From positions 2,144,001-2,208,000 of the forward strand of contig OZ220089.1 in assembly GCA_964291625.2 (NCBI GenBank): a DNA stretch of 64,000 nt, given 5' to 3'. Positions 1 to 11,600 of the stretch are shown one piece after another. This DNA comes from Candidatus Latescibacterota bacterium (lineage in GTDB: Bacteria; Latescibacterota; UBA2968; UBA8231). The translations under genes were made by a program, and so were the position numbers. Every line of letters starts with the position of its first letter. Position 1 is the stretch's first letter. Under the pieces are notes generated by a model that searched no databases, was not told the origin of the DNA, and saw nothing but the letters and a program-made list of their open reading frames with translations.

Positions 1-26
1 TTCTCGTTGCCGCGCTCGCTCTCCAA
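1..26 (-). CDS. 5' end of a gene running off the window (MESERGNE...)
   Basis: AGGAGG RBS at 33-38 on the minus strand, then TTG at 26, immediately after the stop of the Tsx-like gene. Confidence 0.4.
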
Positions 27-38
27 GGCTTCCTCCTG

Positions 39-809
39 TCAGGGGCGCCAGACCAGGAGCAGCTGGGCCGTGCTCTCCTGCTGGTCCGTTCCGAGCTTGT
101 TGCGCCAGTACTGGTACTCGATGCCGGCCAGCAGCCGCTGGGGCGCCCCGAGGAGCGCCCGCCCCAGGTCCCACGTGAACTGCGGCTGGGCGAGTACCCA
201 CCCCCTGACATCCCCATCGAGCTCGTCGGTGCTGCCGCCGACGTACTCGGCATGGCCGGCGATGGCGAGGGACTGGCCGCCCACCTCCAGGGGCAGGGCC
301 CAGCTGACGTCGAGCATCAGGCTGTTGCCGGTCTCCGGAGGGCCTCCGGCGGCGAGGCCGGCGTTGGCGTCGATGTAGGCGGTGAGGTCGGTGTTGAGGA
401 ACAGGAACCCCGGCAGGTCCCAGGAGGCCCTCACGCCGGGGAGGTACTTCAGGACCTTGCCGTCGCCGCGGGCGTTGACGCCCGCCACCAGGGAGAGGTC
501 GACGATCGGCCCCAGGCGCAGCTCCCGGCCCGACAGCCTGCCCAGGCTCAGGGTCGGATACCACTCGGCGTAGAACTCCCTGTCGTTGAAGCCGTCCTCC
601 CCGCCGTCGTCGAGGTAGTCGACGAAGAAGAAGCTGTCCCCGAACTGCCATCCCGAAGCCCTCTGGATGGTGAGCACGAGCGTCGCCTCGGCGGTGGCGG
701 AGAACGGGTTCAGCAGCTCGCCGTACTGCAGGTGGAACTCGGTCTGTGCGGACGCCGCGGTTCCGGTGGCCAGCACCACGGCCGCCAGGGCGGCGCCTGC
801 CGTCTTCAT
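39..809 (-). CDS. Tsx-like (DUF5020-type) nucleoside-specific outer-membrane channel
   Basis: Signal peptide (ASAQ); GWQFGDSFFFVD, FYAEWYPTLSL and GIEYQYWRNKLG beta-strand motifs; aromatic C-terminal strand. Confidence 0.75.
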   Translation of the reverse strand: MKTAGAALAAVVLATGTAASAQTEFHLQYGELLNPFSATAEATLVLTIQRASGWQFGDSFFFVDYLDDGGEDGFNDREFYAEWYPTLSLGRLSGRELRLGPIVDLSLVAGVNARGDGKVLKYLPGVRASWDLPGFLFLNTDLTAYIDANAGLAAGGPPETGNSLMLDVSWALPLEVGGQSLAIAGHAEYVGGSTDELDGDVRGWVLAQPQFTWDLGRALLGAPQRLLAGIEYQYWRNKLGTDQQESTAQLLLVWRP

Positions 810-840
810 GACTCGGTCCCCGGGAGTTGGAGCGGGTGAA

Positions 841-3081
841 TCAGGAAGTGTCCACCGCGGGAGAGAGGCCCTCCCGGGGCAGCACGATCCTGAACTCCGT
901 GAACTCCCCCACCTCGGATTCCACCTGGAACTCCCCGCCGTGCTCGCGGACGATCTCGTGGGAGATCGAGAGCCCCAGACCGGTGCCCTGGGTCCCCGAC
1001 TTGGTGGTGAAGAAGGGGTCGAAGATCTTGTCGACGATATGGTCCGGGATGCCCGTGCCGTTGTCGCGGATGGAGATGCAGACGGTCTCCCCGCGGCTCT
1101 CGGTCTTCAGCCACACGGTGGGCTGGTAGGGACCCTCGGCCTCCTCGCCGCGGGCGATGGTGGCATGGCAGGCGTTGGTCACCACGTTGAGGAAGACCCG
1201 GCTCAGGTCCCGCGAGACGGCCTGCACCTGGCCGGCGTCGTCGTCGTACTCGTGCACCAGGTTGACGTTGAAGGTCGAATCCGTTCCCCGGAGTCCGTGG
1301 TAGGCGAGCTTGGCGTACTCGTCGAGCATCAGGTTCACGTCCACCGACTCGACCTGGCCCGCCTCGTTGCGGGAGTGAGCCAGCATGCCCTCGACGATGC
1401 GGTTGGCGCGCTCGCCGTGCTCCCTGACCTTGCCCATGTTCCCGTTGAGATCGTCGAGGATCTCCTCCACCAGTCCCCGGTCCATGCCTTCTTCGCCGTC
1501 CTCGCCGTTGGCCGCTCCCTTCATCTCCTCCCGCAGCTCGTCGATCAGCTCCGACGACAGGCCGGCGAAGTTGTTCACGAAGTTCAGGGGGTTCCGGATC
1601 TCGTGGGCGATGCCGGCGGTCAAGGCGCCCAGGGAGGCCAGCTTCTCCTGGCTGATGACCTGCTGCTGGGTGCGTTTGAGGTCTTCCAACGTCGTCTCCA
1701 GCTCGGAGTTGGTGGTCTCGAGCTCCGAGTTCTTGGCCTGCACCTCCGCCGCCAGCTTCTCCACGAGGTTGAGCCGCTGCACCTCGACGGCGTGCTGCCG
1801 GAAGACCTCCAGGGCCCCGGCCATGTCGGTCACCTCGTCGTTGCCCTCGATCCTCACCTGCACCTCCAGGTCGCCCTTCGACATCCGCCGGGTGGCGTCG
1901 AAGAGGCTGGCCATCCGCGCCAGCAGGCGCTCGGCGAAGAGCTTCCAGACGAAGTAGGCGGCCACCAGGGTCAGCAGGGTAACCCCCAGCAGGAACCAGA
2001 ACCCGAGGCGCACGAGATTGCGCGATCGATTGGCCGCGTTCCGGGTGGAGACCTCGGCGTCCATCACCAGGCCCTCCACCATGGCCACCAGGTCCGCCGT
2101 GGTCTGCTGGTTGCGCGCCAGGAGCTCCTCGGAGCGGCGGATCTCCGCCAGCTCCAGGGTGCGGGTCTCGAAGGCGCCGTCGGAGGCGGCGTAGAGACCC
2201 CTCAGCACCTCCACCCGCGGCTGGAGCCGCGCCCGGATCTCGGGCCGGATCCCCGACAGGGCCCGCCGCACGTCGCTCATGGCCGTCTCCACCCGCTCCC
2301 GGTTCGCCCGCAGCAGCTCGGGGTCGTTCTCCGTCATCGCCTGCTGCACGAAAGTGGTGGTGACGTTCTGCGAAGCCTGGAAGTCGAGGAGGCCGGCGTA
2401 GTGGGCGAGCTCCGACCCCGACGTCCGCCGGGCGGCGGCGACCGGGGCGTCGTCGAGACCGCGGAGCCCGGTATGCATGAAGAAGTGCTGGTCGTCCACC
2501 AGCTCCTCCAGCTGGAGCTGCAGCTCCAGGGCCAGGCTCGCCACCTGGCCCTCCAGCTCCCGGAGCCGGTCCCGGTACGCCATCCTGCGGCCCACCGACT
2601 CCTGGATCCGGGTGATGCTCTCCACCAGGCTGTCGGCCAGCGGCACCACCCGGTGCCCCACCCCACCCTCGACGCCTCCCCTGGACTCGGCCCTCTTCAC
2701 CTCGACGAGCCACCTCCGGAGGGTCTTCTCCTCCCGGGCCACGTCCCGTCCCACCTGCTTCAGGTCTGCCGGGTCGTCGGCGGCCAGGAGCCGGGGCGAC
2801 GCCCGCACCAGCTCGGAGCTGCTGCGGGCCACCTCGAAGGCGGCCACGAGGGCCGGCATGTGGCCCTCGGTGACCTCGCTCTGCCGGGAGCTCACGACGC
2901 TCATCAGCACCAGGGCCAGGACCACCGCGCCGATGGTCAGCGTCACGCCGCCCCCCAGGACCACGACGATCTGACTGCCGATGCCGAAACGGCCACCCGT
3001 GGCCTTGCGCACGCGGGCCCCGAGGCGGCTGGGGAGTCGCTTCAGGAACCACGCGAAGGCGGCGTGAATGCGGTCGTCCAT
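841..3081 (-). CDS. Sensor histidine kinase (TorS-like periplasmic domain, HAMP, HisKA, HATPase)
   Basis: Two TMs flanking a helical periplasmic domain; HAMP (NDEVTDMAGAL); H-box AGIAHEIRNPLNFV; DNGTG, FDPFFTTK, GTGLGL; start MDDRIH with GAAGAGG RBS. Confidence 0.93.
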   Translation of the reverse strand: MDDRIHAAFAWFLKRLPSRLGARVRKATGGRFGIGSQIVVVLGGGVTLTIGAVVLALVLMSVVSSRQSEVTEGHMPALVAAFEVARSSSELVRASPRLLAADDPADLKQVGRDVAREEKTLRRWLVEVKRAESRGGVEGGVGHRVVPLADSLVESITRIQESVGRRMAYRDRLRELEGQVASLALELQLQLEELVDDQHFFMHTGLRGLDDAPVAAARRTSGSELAHYAGLLDFQASQNVTTTFVQQAMTENDPELLRANRERVETAMSDVRRALSGIRPEIRARLQPRVEVLRGLYAASDGAFETRTLELAEIRRSEELLARNQQTTADLVAMVEGLVMDAEVSTRNAANRSRNLVRLGFWFLLGVTLLTLVAAYFVWKLFAERLLARMASLFDATRRMSKGDLEVQVRIEGNDEVTDMAGALEVFRQHAVEVQRLNLVEKLAAEVQAKNSELETTNSELETTLEDLKRTQQQVISQEKLASLGALTAGIAHEIRNPLNFVNNFAGLSSELIDELREEMKGAANGEDGEEGMDRGLVEEILDDLNGNMGKVREHGERANRIVEGMLAHSRNEAGQVESVDVNLMLDEYAKLAYHGLRGTDSTFNVNLVHEYDDDAGQVQAVSRDLSRVFLNVVTNACHATIARGEEAEGPYQPTVWLKTESRGETVCISIRDNGTGIPDHIVDKIFDPFFTTKSGTQGTGLGLSISHEIVREHGGEFQVESEVGEFTEFRIVLPREGLSPAVDTS

Positions 3082-3086
3082 CCTCT

Positions 3087-4271
3087 TCACCGCGACAGGT
3101 GGGTCACCGGGGCGAACCGGCCCCTGCGGATCATGGTCAGGAAGACCCTGTCGGACCCCTGGTTGTCCCCCGGTCCGTACTCGACCTGGAAGCCCCCCAG
3201 GTCGATGGGGCCGGCCTCCTCCAGAACTCGGAGGAAGGCCTCGCGGGAGGGCGGGACGGATCCGCCCGCCCCGGACACGGAGGCGCGCAGGGCGTCGACC
3301 ACCAGGCGGCCGGCGAGATACCCCTCCAGGGAGACGAACCCCGGTTGAGCCGCCGCCTCCACCGCCTTCAGGGCGGCGTGATAGCGGACCACCACCGGGA
3401 CCCCGGTGTCCCGGGGAAAGGGCACCACCTGGGTCACCACGACGCCGTCGCCGAGGCCGCCCAGCTCCTTCAGCAGGGCGTTGCTGCCCACGAAGGAGAT
3501 GTTCACGAAGACGGCGTCCAGGCCGATCTTCCGTGCCCACTTGATGAAGTGGGCCGCCGGGCGGTAGGCGCCGATGATGATGACGGCCTCCGGATCGCTG
3601 TCCTGAAGACCGAGGAGGGCCCGCTTCACGGCCACCGTGTTGCGCATGTAGGTGACCTCGCCAACCAGCTCCATGCCGCGCCGCTCGAGGGCCTGCCGGA
3701 CACCCGTCAGACCGGCCTTGCCGTAGCTGTCGTCCTGGTAGAGGATGGCGATGCGCCGGAACCCCAGGTCCTCGGTGAGCCGCGCCACCATCTCTTCCGT
3801 CTCCTGGAAGTAGGAGGCGCGCACGTTCACCACGTAGCGCTGGTCGTTCCCCCGGAGCAGCTCGGCGCCGGTGAAGGGTCCGATGTAGGGAACCGAGGCG
3901 CCGCTGGCGATCGGCTCGGCGGCGTTGGAGGTGGGCGTGCCGACGGCGCCGATGAGGCCGAAGACGCCGCGGGCGATCAGCTCCCGGGTGTTGGCGACGG
4001 CGGCCTCGGGCTCGTAGCCGTCGTCCCGCACCAGGAGTTTCAGCTTGCGGCCGTCGATGCCGCCGGACCGGTTGGCCTCCTCGAAGGCGGCGCGGATGCC
4101 GAGGTTCATGTTGCGGCCCAGTTCGGCAGCCGGGCCGCTCAGCGCCGCCGACTGACCGAAGAGGATGGAGTCGGCATGGACGCCGTCGCCGCCTCCCTGC
4201 GCCCCCTGTCCGTCCGCCGCCGCCGGGGCCAGCCCGAGCGCCGCGGCGGCGAGGAGGGCCAGCCGGGTCAT
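3087..4271 (-). CDS. Orphan periplasmic binding protein, LivK/type 1 PBP family
   Basis: Signal peptide; GQSAALSGPAA, DDGYEP, GAVGTPT, NVRASY and SLEGYLAG motifs. Confidence 0.9.
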   Translation of the reverse strand: MTRLALLAAAALGLAPAAADGQGAQGGGDGVHADSILFGQSAALSGPAAELGRNMNLGIRAAFEEANRSGGIDGRKLKLLVRDDGYEPEAAVANTRELIARGVFGLIGAVGTPTSNAAEPIASGASVPYIGPFTGAELLRGNDQRYVVNVRASYFQETEEMVARLTEDLGFRRIAILYQDDSYGKAGLTGVRQALERRGMELVGEVTYMRNTVAVKRALLGLQDSDPEAVIIIGAYRPAAHFIKWARKIGLDAVFVNISFVGSNALLKELGGLGDGVVVTQVVPFPRDTGVPVVVRYHAALKAVEAAAQPGFVSLEGYLAGRLVVDALRASVSGAGGSVPPSREAFLRVLEEAGPIDLGGFQVEYGPGDNQGSDRVFLTMIRRGRFAPVTHLSR

Positions 4272-4272
4272 C

Positions 4273-5454
4273 TCAGGAGCTATCTCCCAGGTAACGGAGG
4301 GTCATGCAGGTGATGTCGTCTGACTGGGGGGCCTCGCCGGCGTGGGCGTGCACGGCCTCCACGACCCGCTGACTGAAGTCGGCGGCGCTCGATCCGGCGG
4401 CTTCCGCCAGGATCCGGGTCAGCCTCTGGTCGCCGAACTCCTCGCCGTTCTCGTCCATCGCCTCGTTGACACCGTCGGTGTAGAAGAACAACGCGTCTCC
4501 CGGTTCGAGGTCGAGGTCCCCGCCCGGAAAGTCGAACTCCGGCAGCACGCCGAGGACGAGACCCGGAGGGCAGTCGATCTGCCGCACCTCGCCGGAGGCC
4601 TTGACCACGTACGGCAGATTGTGCCCCGCATTGGCGTACTCCACACGCCCCGTCTCCGGATCGAAGCTGGAATAGAAGACGGTGACGAACATCGACTCCT
4701 CGTTCGACTCGGTGAGGAGCTGGTTCACCTCGGTGAGACAGGCCGCCGGGTCGCCCTCCCCGATGGCGGTGCCCTTCATGAGGGTCCGGCTCACCATCAT
4801 GAAGAGGGCCGCCGGCACGCCCTTTCCGGAGACGTCCGCCACCACGATACCCAGGCGGTCGTCCTCGAGACGGAAGAAGTCGTAGAAATCGCCGCCCACC
4901 TCGCGCGCCGGGATCATGGAAGCGTGCAGCTCGAAGCGGGGATCCCTGGGGAAATCGGTGGGCAGGATGGACTCCTGCATCTGCGCCGCCACCCCCAGCT
5001 CCTGGCGCAGGGCCACCAACTCGTCCCGGGACCGCAGGGCCTCGCGCATGATCACCAGGTGCTCCAGGGTCTTGTCGATCGTCGCCTCGAGATCGTCGAA
5101 GTCGATCGGCTTGGTGACGAAGTCGAAGGCGCCCCGGTTCATGGCGGTGCGGATGTTCTTCATGTCCCCGTAGGCGGTGACCATCACCGCCCGCAGGTCG
5201 TAGTCCAGATTGCCGAGTTGCTGCAGGAGGGTGAGGCCGTCCATCTCGGGCATGTTGATGTCGGACAGGACCAGATCGACGTCGTCGTGATCCTCGAGCT
5301 GCTTGAGGGCCTCGACCCCGTTCTGCGCGAAGATGAGGTTGATCTGTCCGGACCGGGTCTTGCGGCGGAACTTCTGCCGGAGCAGCAACTCCAGGTCCGG
5401 CTCGTCGTCCACCACGAGGATCTTCGGTACCATCGTCGCTGCAGGGTTGGACAT
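4273..5454 (-). CDS. Response regulator receiver plus PP2C/SpoIIE (RsbU/RsbP-like) Ser phosphatase
   Basis: ILVVDDE, SDINMPEMDG, TKP receiver motifs; VGGDFYD, VADVSGKG, YTDGVNEA, QSDDIT phosphatase motifs; start could be 5463, 5454 or 5433. Confidence 0.93.
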   Translation of the reverse strand: MSNPAATMVPKILVVDDEPDLELLLRQKFRRKTRSGQINLIFAQNGVEALKQLEDHDDVDLVLSDINMPEMDGLTLLQQLGNLDYDLRAVMVTAYGDMKNIRTAMNRGAFDFVTKPIDFDDLEATIDKTLEHLVIMREALRSRDELVALRQELGVAAQMQESILPTDFPRDPRFELHASMIPAREVGGDFYDFFRLEDDRLGIVVADVSGKGVPAALFMMVSRTLMKGTAIGEGDPAACLTEVNQLLTESNEESMFVTVFYSSFDPETGRVEYANAGHNLPYVVKASGEVRQIDCPPGLVLGVLPEFDFPGGDLDLEPGDALFFYTDGVNEAMDENGEEFGDQRLTRILAEAAGSSAADFSQRVVEAVHAHAGEAPQSDDITCMTLRYLGDSS

Positions 5455-5511
5455 TTCGGTCACTGGCCTTTGAAGGGCACCTCACGAGACGGTAAGGTAC
5501 GCACGGTGATG

Positions 5512-5541
5512 AGTGTAGCGCACGGGCTGTCTGACCCGCAA
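5512..5541 (-). promoter_or_regulatory. Putative sigma70 promoter for the REC-PP2C/SBP/HK/Tsx operon
   Basis: Minus strand TTGCGG-N18-TACACT upstream of 5454. Confidence 0.35.
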
Positions 5542-5695
5542 GCCCGTCCCGGGGGCGGGCAAACCGGTTCGGATCGGCACCGTGCCTTCCCGCCGCAAGC
5601 GGCCTGTCATTGACGGAAAGGGGTGGCGGCGTGCACCCCGGGGAGGCGGTATATTCCAGGCAGCGGACAGCGACCGGATCGGGAGGAGATGGCAG

Positions 5696-8600
5696 ATGAG
5701 TTCCGAGACTGGAGGCACCGGGCGGAGGGACGGCTCTTCCGACTTGCACAGGGAGTCACCCACCCCGACAGAAGCCGGAAGCCGGCAGGCTTCCAGGTCA
5801 GCAGAACCGATAGCGATCGTGGGCATGGCGTGTCGATTCCCCGGCGCCACGGGCATCCCCGCCTTCTGGCGTCTCCTCGAAGAGGGTGGAAACGCTGTCC
5901 GCGAAAGGGTCCCGGGTTCGGCGGCGGGCCGATGGGAGCAGCTCTTTTCGGAAGGGACGGTTCAGAGCGAAGGCTGCCGTTACGGCGCTTTCATCGACGA
6001 CATCGACCTCTTCGACGCGGAGTTCTTCCGCATATCGCCTGTCGAGGCGCAACTGCTGGATCCTCAACAACGGCTCATGCTCGAGACGAGCTGGCAAGCC
6101 CTCGAGGACGCGGGTATCGATCCGGACGGTCTCAAGGGAAGCCTGACCGGGGTCTACACCGGAATCAGCAACGACGAGTACCGCATGCTGGTTCTCGAGT
6201 CGAGCCGACCCGCAGAGGCCGCCGGGTGCCTCTACGCCCTCAGCGGCACCAACCTCAACGGCGCCGCCGGACGGGTCTCCTTCGTGATGGGTCTCATGGG
6301 ACCGGCCAAGGCGGTGGACGCCGCCTGCGCGTCGTCCCTGGTCTCGGTCCACGACGCCGTGGCCGACCTGCAGCAGGGCAAGGCGGACCTGGCCATCGCC
6401 GGCGGCGTGCAGGCCCTCCTGAACGGCCACATCTACGAGCTGCGCGCCGATGCGATGATGCTCTCTCCCGATGGGCAGTGCAAGACCTTCGATGCTTCCG
6501 CAAACGGCTACGTGCGGGGCGAGGGCTGCGGGGTCGTCGTCCTGAAGCGGCTGAGCGAGGCCGAGGCGGACGGCGACCGCATCTGGGCGGTGATCCGGGG
6601 CGCGGCGGTGAACAACGGCGGCGCCAGCGTCGGACTGACCGTTCCGAACACGCCCGCCCTGGAACAGGTGATGGATGCGGCCCTGGCGGAGGCGGGCATC
6701 CCTCCGTCGGAGGTCGATTACCTGGAGGCCCACGGGACCGGAACGACCGTGGGCGATCCGATCGAGATCAACGCGGTGACCGCCGTCTACGGCAGGGAGC
6801 GTCAACCGGATCACCCGCTGCTGGTGGGCTCGGTGAAGACCAACATCGGCCACCTGGAGTCGGCTGCCGGCGTGGCCGGACTGATCAAGGCGGCCCTGGT
6901 ACTCAAGCGGGGCGTGATCCCGAAGCACCTCCATTTCCAGGATCCCGAGCCGAGTGTCGACTGGGACCGGCTGCCGGTACGGATCACGTCGGAGATGATG
7001 GACTGGCCGCGCCGCGGATGGCCGCGGGTGGCCGGCGTGAACTCCTTCGGCATCTCCGGGACGAACGCCCACCTCGTGGTGGAGGAGTACGCCGACCCGG
7101 ATGCCGCATCCTCGGGCGACCAGGCTCCCGGCCTGCCGAAGGCGGTGGCGGTCCAGGTGCCGGCGGCCCTGGCGGATCTGCCGTTGGCGGAGCAGGAGGT
7201 CGAGCCCCGCCGGAGCCGGATTCTGCCGCTGTCGGCGAAGTCCGATGGAGCGCTCCGGGATCTCGGGCAGCTGTACCTGTCGTGGCTCGACGAGCACGCC
7301 GGCACAGATGGCTCGGAATGCGAGTCCCTGCTTGCGGACATGGCCTGGACGGCGGGTGTCGGGCGCAGTCACTTCACCCACCGGGCCGGCGTCGTATTCG
7401 GCGATCTCGCGTCGCTGCGCGAGGGCCTCGCCCCGCTCGCCGAGTCCGGCACGAGTCCCGCGGCCAGAACGCCGGCCAGGATCGCCTTCGTCTATACCGG
7501 ACAGGGAAGCCAGTGGGTCGACATGGGACGGGCCCTCTACGAGAGCGAGCCCGTGGCGAGGGTGGTTCTGGACCGCTGCGAGGCCGTCTTCCGCGACGAA
7601 CGGGGTGGATCTCTTCTGGACGTGATGTTCGGCCGGGACGGGGGGGAGGGGGAGCTCGGCGATACGGCGTGGGAGCAGCCCGCCCTCTACGCCCTGGAGT
7701 GCGCCCTCACGGCGCTGTGGTCGAGCCTCGGAGTACGACCCGACGTGGTCGTCGGACACAGCATCGGGGAACTGGCGGCGTCGCAGACGGCGGGCGTCTT
7801 CAGCCTCGAGGACGGGATGCGGTTCGCCGCCGTGCGCGGCCGGCTGATGTCGCAGATGGCCGAGGGCGGCATGGCCGCGGTCTTCGCACCCGCCGAGCGC
7901 GTGGCCCCGGCGGTGGAGGCGGTGAACGCGGCCTCCACCGGCCCCGGCCTGAGCATCTCGGGCTACAACGGCAGCCACCAGGTGGTCAGCGGCCCGGTCC
8001 CGGGGATCGAAGCGATCTCGAAGCAGTTCGACCAGGAGGGAATCCGGGTCCGGCGCCTGAACACGACCAAGGCCTTCCACAGCGCCCTGGTCGAGCCCAT
8101 CCTGGACGAGCTGGAAGCGTTCTTCGAGGGCGTGGCGGTCCAGCCTCCCGCTCTCGCCGTGGTCAGCAATCTGACCGGCCGGGCCGTCGAAGCCGGCCAG
8201 GCCCAGGACGGAGCCTACTGGAGGCGCCATGCCCGGGAGCCGGTCGCCTTCGCCCAGGGGGTGCGGACGCTGGCGGAGCTGGGGGTGGACGCGGTGCTGG
8301 AGATCGGCCCGCGCTCGGTGCTGGCGCCCATGGCAGCCTCCGCCTGGCCGGAATCGCCCTCCGCACCGGCGCCGGTGGTGCTCTCGAGTCTCAGCCCGCC
8401 CTCGGGCGGCACGGAGGAGTCCGGAAGCGCCCACGACGGTTTCCTGGGGGCCGTCGCGGAGGCCTACCAGGCGGGCCTTCCGATCCGCTTTGCGGGACTC
8501 TTCGCGGGGGAGAGTCGGCGGCGGATCTCCCTGCCGGGCTATCCCTTCCAGCGCGAGCATCACTGGGTCGAGGCCCCCCGGGGTCAGAGCCGGAGCTCGG

Positions 8601-11600
8601 GCCACCCCTTGCTGGGCGTCCGCCACGAGTCCGCCCGCGGGGAGCTCACCTTCGAGTCGGAGGTCTTTCCTTCAGATCCGGGGTGGATGGACGATCACAA
8701 GGTCTTCGGCCGGATCGTGGCGCCGGGGGCGCTCTACGGCGCCATGGCGGCATCCGCCTCCTTCCTCGAGGGAGTCGGGCCGGTGGTCGTGGAGGACCTG
8801 CAGTTGCACAACCCGCTGGTCTTCGAGGAGGACGACGAGACGGGGGAAGAGGGACGCAAGGTGCAGGTCGTGCTCGACGCTTCCGAGCAGGCGTCGTCGC
8901 GCGGGGTCCAGATCTTCAGCAAGGGCAGCAAAGAGGAGTGGACGGTCCACGTGGAGGGCCGCGTGTCGTCGGGTGCCCCTGTTCCGGAAGCTGGCGGGCG
9001 CATCGACCTGGAAGGTTTGAAGGCCGGCCTGTCGCCGGTGGACGTGGCCGGCTACTACCGCCACAGGGCGAGCACCGGCGTCGATCTCGGTCCGTCCTTC
9101 CGCACCCTCGGCAGGGCCTGGTCCCGCCCGGGCGAGGCCTTGGGAGAGGTCTCCCTGCCCGAAGCCCTGACCAGGCACGGACTCGATCTCCATCCCCTGG
9201 TGCTGGACGGTTGCTTCCAGGTCGTGGGCGTGGCCCGCAACCTGGCCGGCGCCGAGGGCGGGGCCACGTACCTGCCCTTCGGTTGGGAGCGGCTGTGGCT
9301 GACGGGGCGGCTGCCCGACCGGGTCGTCTGCCACGTGCGCCTGAACGACGCCTCGGTCGACGCCGAGACCGGCCCGGGGGAGCCCGCCGAGGTCCTGAGC
9401 GGCGAGCTGCGCATCTACGATCCGAACGGGGCGCCCCTCGGCGGCATCAGCGGGTACACGGTGAAGCGGGCGACGCCGGAAGCCCTGCTCTCGGCCGTCG
9501 AAGGGGTGAAGGACCTCCTCTACGAGGTGGTGTGGCGGGAGCGCGGCCTTCCACCCGGAGTGACACCCGCGGACTTCTTCCCGGGTCCGGCAGCGGTCGC
9601 GGCCGGCTCCCAGCTGTTCGCTGGATACCTGACGGACGCGGGTGTCGATCCCGGCGACCGGGACACCCTGCTGGCGGACCTGGAGCGATGGTCCTGGTCC
9701 CGGGCCCTGGCGACCCTGGAAGAGTTGGGTTGGGAGCGCAGGCCCGGCGCCGCCGTGGATCCCGAGGACCTGCGGCAGCAGCTCGATGTCATCCCGGAGC
9801 ACGGGCGGCTCTTTCGCCGGATGCTGGAAATGCTCGCCAGATCCGGGGTGCTGGAGGAAAGGGACGACGGTTTCGCCGTGGTCCTGGGGCCCGGGGATCC
9901 GCTGCCGGAGGAGATGCCGGGCGATCTCGAAGCCTTCGCCTCCCGGCTGGCCGAACAGCAGCCCCACGGCCTCACCGAGATCGGGCTCTTCCGCCGCTCC
10001 GGCGGCGCCCTGGCCGAGGTGCTGCGCGGCAACGAGGACCCCCTGACGCTGCTCTTCAGCAGCGGCGAGCCGACCGCGGCTGACCTGTACCTGAAGGCAC
10101 CCGTGGCGCGCGCGGCCAACCAGATGCTGGCCGAGGCGGTCCGGACGCTGGTGGCCGCCCTGCCCGAGGGGCGGCGCCTGCGGGTGATCGAGGTCGGCGC
10201 GGGTACCGGGTCGGCGACCGCCTCCGTGCTGCCCGAGCTTCCCGAAGGCCGGTTCGACTACGTCTACACCGACATCTCGGCGGGCTTCTTTGCCGAGGCG
10301 GAGGCGCGTTTCGGCGACCAGGGCATCGAGTACCGTCCCCTCGATGTTGAGAAGGACCCGATCGCCCAGGGTTTCGACTCCCATGGCTACGACCTGCTGA
10401 TCGCCTCCAACGTCCTGCACGCGACGCGCTTCCTGCCGGAGACCCTGGGCCATTGCCGCGACCTGCTGGCGCCGTCCGGACACCTGATCGCCCTCGAGAA
10501 CCTCAGCGGCCTGGGCTGGATGGACCTGACCTTCGGCCAGCTGGACGGCTGGTGGCGGTTCGCCGACGACTACCGCCCGCACCACGCCCTCGCGAGCCCC
10601 GCCGTGTGGCGCCAGGCCCTCGGCGACGCCGGCTTCGAGGCGGCGGAGGTACTCGGACCGGACGAGTCCGACCCGTCCCGGACACCGGACAAGGGGGTCA
10701 TCGTCGCCCAGGGTCCGGCGGAGGTGGCCGAGCCCGCCGGAGTGTGGGTTCTGGCAGCGGACCAGGGGGGGTTGGCCGCCAGGCTGGCGGACGACCTGGC
10801 GGCGCGGAACCAGACGGTGGTGCTGGCAGCCACCGAGACGCCGGAGGACGATGGTCCGGCCGCAGCCGGTCCCGGTGTCTTCAGGACCGCCGTGGAACCG
10901 GACCGGCGCGAGTCGTGGCGGGAGCTCCTCGCCGGGTTGCCGGCGGAGGGGCCTCTCGCCGGCGTCGTGCATCTCGCCGGCCTGGACGGCCACGGGGAAG
11001 GCGCCACGACCGGCGAGATCGCCGAGGACGTGAGGCGGGCGGGAGCGAGTGCGCTCGCCCTGGTGCAGGGGCTCGCCGACGCCGACGCGGTGCCCGCCAA
11101 CGGCGTCTGGATGATCACCCGCGGCGCCCAGGTGCTGGAGCGGGAGCGCGGCGGCGAGCTTTCCGGCGCGGCCCTCTGGGGCTTCGGCAAGGCGGTGGCC
11201 CGCGAAGCCGCCCACCTGCAGACGAGAATGATCGATCTGGACCCCGGCGACATGGCGCCTGCCCCCGACCTCGTCAGGGAGCTCCTGTACCCCGATTCCG
11301 AGAACCACATCGCCTACCGCGGCGGGCGCCGCCGGGCGGCGCGCCTGGTTCGGGCGGGCGCCGAGTCGGAGCGGCTCTCCCTGCCCGAGGAGCCCGACTG
11401 GGTGCTGGCTCCGGACCCGGCCGGCGTCTTCGACAGGCCGTTCGTGCAGCCCCTGCCGGCGCGCTCCCTCGAGCCGAAGGAAGTCCGCGTCGCCGTCGAG
11501 GCGGCGGGGCTCAACTTCTGGGACGTATTCCGCTCCCTCGGCTTCATCGAGGAGGGGCTGCTGGGCCGGGAGATGTGCGGCCGCATCCTCGAGGTGGGTT

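Noticed and set aside
7640-7652. G-runs in the PKS AT1 region as a phase-variation site
   Set aside because: Only G7/G5, in frame, and unremarkable in a GC-rich genome.
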